Shown in pieces: positions 61,504 through 64,000 of a stretch of DNA of 64,000 bases. The stretch is from contig NW_024704742.1 of assembly GCF_018977255.1 (NCBI RefSeq), positions 58,034,001 through 58,098,000 on the forward strand. The letters are read 5' to 3'. How positions within the stretch are numbered: position 1 is the stretch's first letter; every line of letters starts with the position of its first letter. Below the pieces are notes generated by a model. That model was not told where the DNA came from. It saw nothing but the letters and a program-made list of their open reading frames with translations, and made no database searches. Both the position numbers and the translations under genes were made by a program. The DNA comes from Callorhinchus milii. Taxonomy: Eukaryota.

Positions 61504-61916
61504 TGAAACTATGTTTGTCTCCTGGAGCTCACTTTTTGAAACTGTTTGATTTGCTACTTCTTTCACTGCTTTCAAAATTCTTCTTCATTGATGTTTTCAG
61601 TCACCTCAGAATTACTCTCACTTCTTGCTTTGTAGCTCACTGTTCCTATTTTAAAATGTTTTTTCAAATAATAATCCTTGCATTTTATATAACACCTTAT
61701 TACGTCATTGAGACATCTCAAAGCGCTTCACAGAATATATTGTAAGATCAATTGTGTATCTTGTGGGCAAAACATGGCAGCCAATTACACACAACAAGAA
61801 GTAATTCTGAGGTGACTGAAAACATCGACCAAGAAGAATTTTGAAAGCAGTGAAAGAGGGAGCAAGTCAAATAAAACAGTTTCAAAAAGTGAGCTCTAGG
61901 AGACACAAATGTTTCA
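61504..61916. repeat. Inverted repeat with ~115-bp arms (61504-61616 / 61800-61916) around a SINE tail fragment
   Basis: gagctcactttttgaaactgttt...gatgttttcagtcacctcagaattact and its reverse complement. Confidence 0.92.
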
Positions 61917-62899
61917 GAGGGAATAAAGGTATAAAAGAATAGGGCTTAATCAATAAACCTGATTCAGAAAGATGGAAAGTGAAATAATAATAATAATAAC
62001 AACAACAACAATAATAATAAGCTGGGATGTGGACAATAAAAGACGGCACAAATGTCAATATCCAGTGGAGATATTTGAAAACAAGAATATTGAAAGTAAT
62101 TCTCTGATGGAGACAGAACTAGCAAAGATAGTCAGGATTCAATGACAAAACCGTAGAATTGTAAATAATAATAATCCTTGTCTTTGATATAGTGCCTTTT
62201 CATGTTGTCAAGACGTCTCAAAGTGCATCCCAAGAGTGAAGTGAAGACTGTATTTATCAGCAAACGCAGTAGCCAATTTATGCGTAGCAACATTCTATGA
62301 ACAGCTATGAAGTGAATGATCAAATTTTGATCTGGAAGATTGTTGACCAGGATACCTTCTCTTTTCAAATAGTCCCAAAGTGCTGAAGTGTGCAAAAACT
62401 GGGTGGAACCAAGGAGGTCAATGAGAGCATTGGTTTTAACCAAATCAAGTCTGTCCTTTGATTTGCCTGAAACTGGATGGTTTTCCTGAACATTGACATG
62501 TCCAATGTTGCCTGATGCAGACTCACACATACCATTGTTTGGTTGAACATAGTTAGTGACAATCATATGACTGAATAATCTAGTCCTGTTGCTTTCACAC
62601 ATTAACTCCTGGTGCAGTTGCCATGGGGCAAATTGGGGGATGGGACCTATTTGAAAGCAAAGTGCAGTCGCCAACGTAAAACGTTTGAATGTAAATAGCA
62701 ATGAAAACGTGTTTTAAGATTGCCCATTGTAAATCTTTGCATCAAGTGTATCATCATATAGCTAAATATCTGTTGAATTGTGAAACTGATCATTAGGCAT
62801 TGGAAATCGGTGTGTGTTTCAGTGTTGTGCACAAACAAATCTTCAAATGCCATTTGTAATAAGCTCTCTAAGCTCCAAGACTCTGCCGCTCGTGAACAG

Positions 62900-63545
62900 A
62901 GGAGCAGGAGGAACAGGAGGAGGCCGTTCAGCCCTTTGAGTCTGTTCTGCCATTTAATTAGATCATGACTGATCTGTACCTCAGCTAATCCTTTCAATTC
63001 TAATTTCCCGCTTTTTCCCCATATCCCTTAATACTCTGACCTACCAAAAATCTATCAACTTCACTCTTCAAGGTATGGATGCATCCAGCATCCACGGTCT
63101 CTTGGGAAGAGAATTCCAGATTTCTACCACACTGAGTGAAAAAATGTTGTTTTTTATTCCCCCACCAGAGGAAATAGCTTCTCTGTATCTACCCTATCGA
63201 ATCCCTTTATTATCTTAAATACCTCAATCAAATCACCCCTCAAACTTCTAAACTCAAGGGAATACAATCCAAGTTTACACAGCATTTCCTCGTAAATTAA
63301 TCATTTTAGGCCTGGTAACATTCTGGTGAACCTACGCAGAACCCACTCCAGGGCCAATATATCTTTCCTGAGGTGTGGTGCCCAAAACTGAATGCAGTAC
63401 TACAGATGGGGTCTGACTAACGCTCTATAGGAACATAGGAACATAGGAATTAGGAGCAGGAGTATGCTATTTAGCCCCTTGAGCCTGCCCCGTCATTCAA
63501 TAAGATCATGGCTGATCTTCTAACCTAACTCCATCTGCCCGCCTT
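62900..63545 (-). mobile_element. Two CR1 3' fragments
   Basis: Reverse complement encodes PHL.YCIQFWAPHLRKDI; second tail (ataggaac)n at 63427-63450 matches 57930-57960. Confidence 0.85.
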
Positions 63546-64000
63546 ATCATCACTCCCACCCTCGCTCGCCTCCACTGGCTCCCCATCCCCCAGAGGATTG
63601 ATTTCAAGATACTCATCCTCACCTACAAGGCCATTCACGGCCTCGCTCCCTCCTACCTCTCCAACCTACTATCCCCCTACCTACCTGCCCGTACCCTCCG
63701 TTCCTCTGACTCCGGTCTGCTCCACATCCCCCGCCCCAATCGCCCTACCATCGGTGGTCGGGCCTTCAGTCTCTCAGCCCCGAGGCTCTGGAACTCTATC
63801 CCCCAGTGCCTTCGCCTTGCTTCCTCCCTCTCCTCCTTCAAGGCCGGTCTCAAAACCTTTCTCTTTGACCGAGCCTTCAGCTCCCCTCTCGCCTCTCTTT
63901 CCCCTTCTCGCTCCCTCCCATCCCTCCCCTCACCCTGACCATTTCCCCCTCCTCACTCCCTCCCCTCACCCTGACCATTTCCCCCTGCTCGGGTCATGAC
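63546..64000 (+). mobile_element. L2 3' fragment running off the window
   Basis: [38 protein letters not shown]. Confidence 0.9.

Noticed and set aside
62132..62997. 189-aa and 116-aa ORFs as exon 1 of paralog 2
   Set aside because: No resemblance to the MxDYDE..AFLG.WG start; they overlap SINE and CR1 sequence, so exon 1 is most likely beyond the window

Overview
Vertebrate genomic DNA. The repeat content (Deu-domain tRNA-SINEs with L2-type tails, abundant L2 and CR1 LINEs) points to a cartilaginous fish, possibly a chimaera; this taxon call is an inference. The window holds two convergent (tail-to-tail) paralogs of the OCTN-type organic cation/carnitine transporter family (SLC22A4/SLC22A5-like). 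Gene 1 is on the + strand, complete, with 10 coding exons at 1791-26009 (1653 nt, 550 aa). Gene 2 is on the - strand, with exons 2-10 at 61381-43498; exon 1 lies beyond the window. All introns are GT-AG, and most internal exon sizes match human SLC22A5 as recalled. The rest is mostly retroelements. Notable observations: a degenerate tandem copy of exon 4 and a perfectly duplicated exon-5 splice donor in gene 2, each of which would give a premature stop; two related LTR-like solo elements; an unclassified poly(A)-tailed LINE with a long 3' UTR; a multi-layer nested insertion between the genes; three long inverted repeats; and a 28-bp minisatellite interrupted by a CR1 RT fragment. No prokaryote-type systems such as CRISPR are present.
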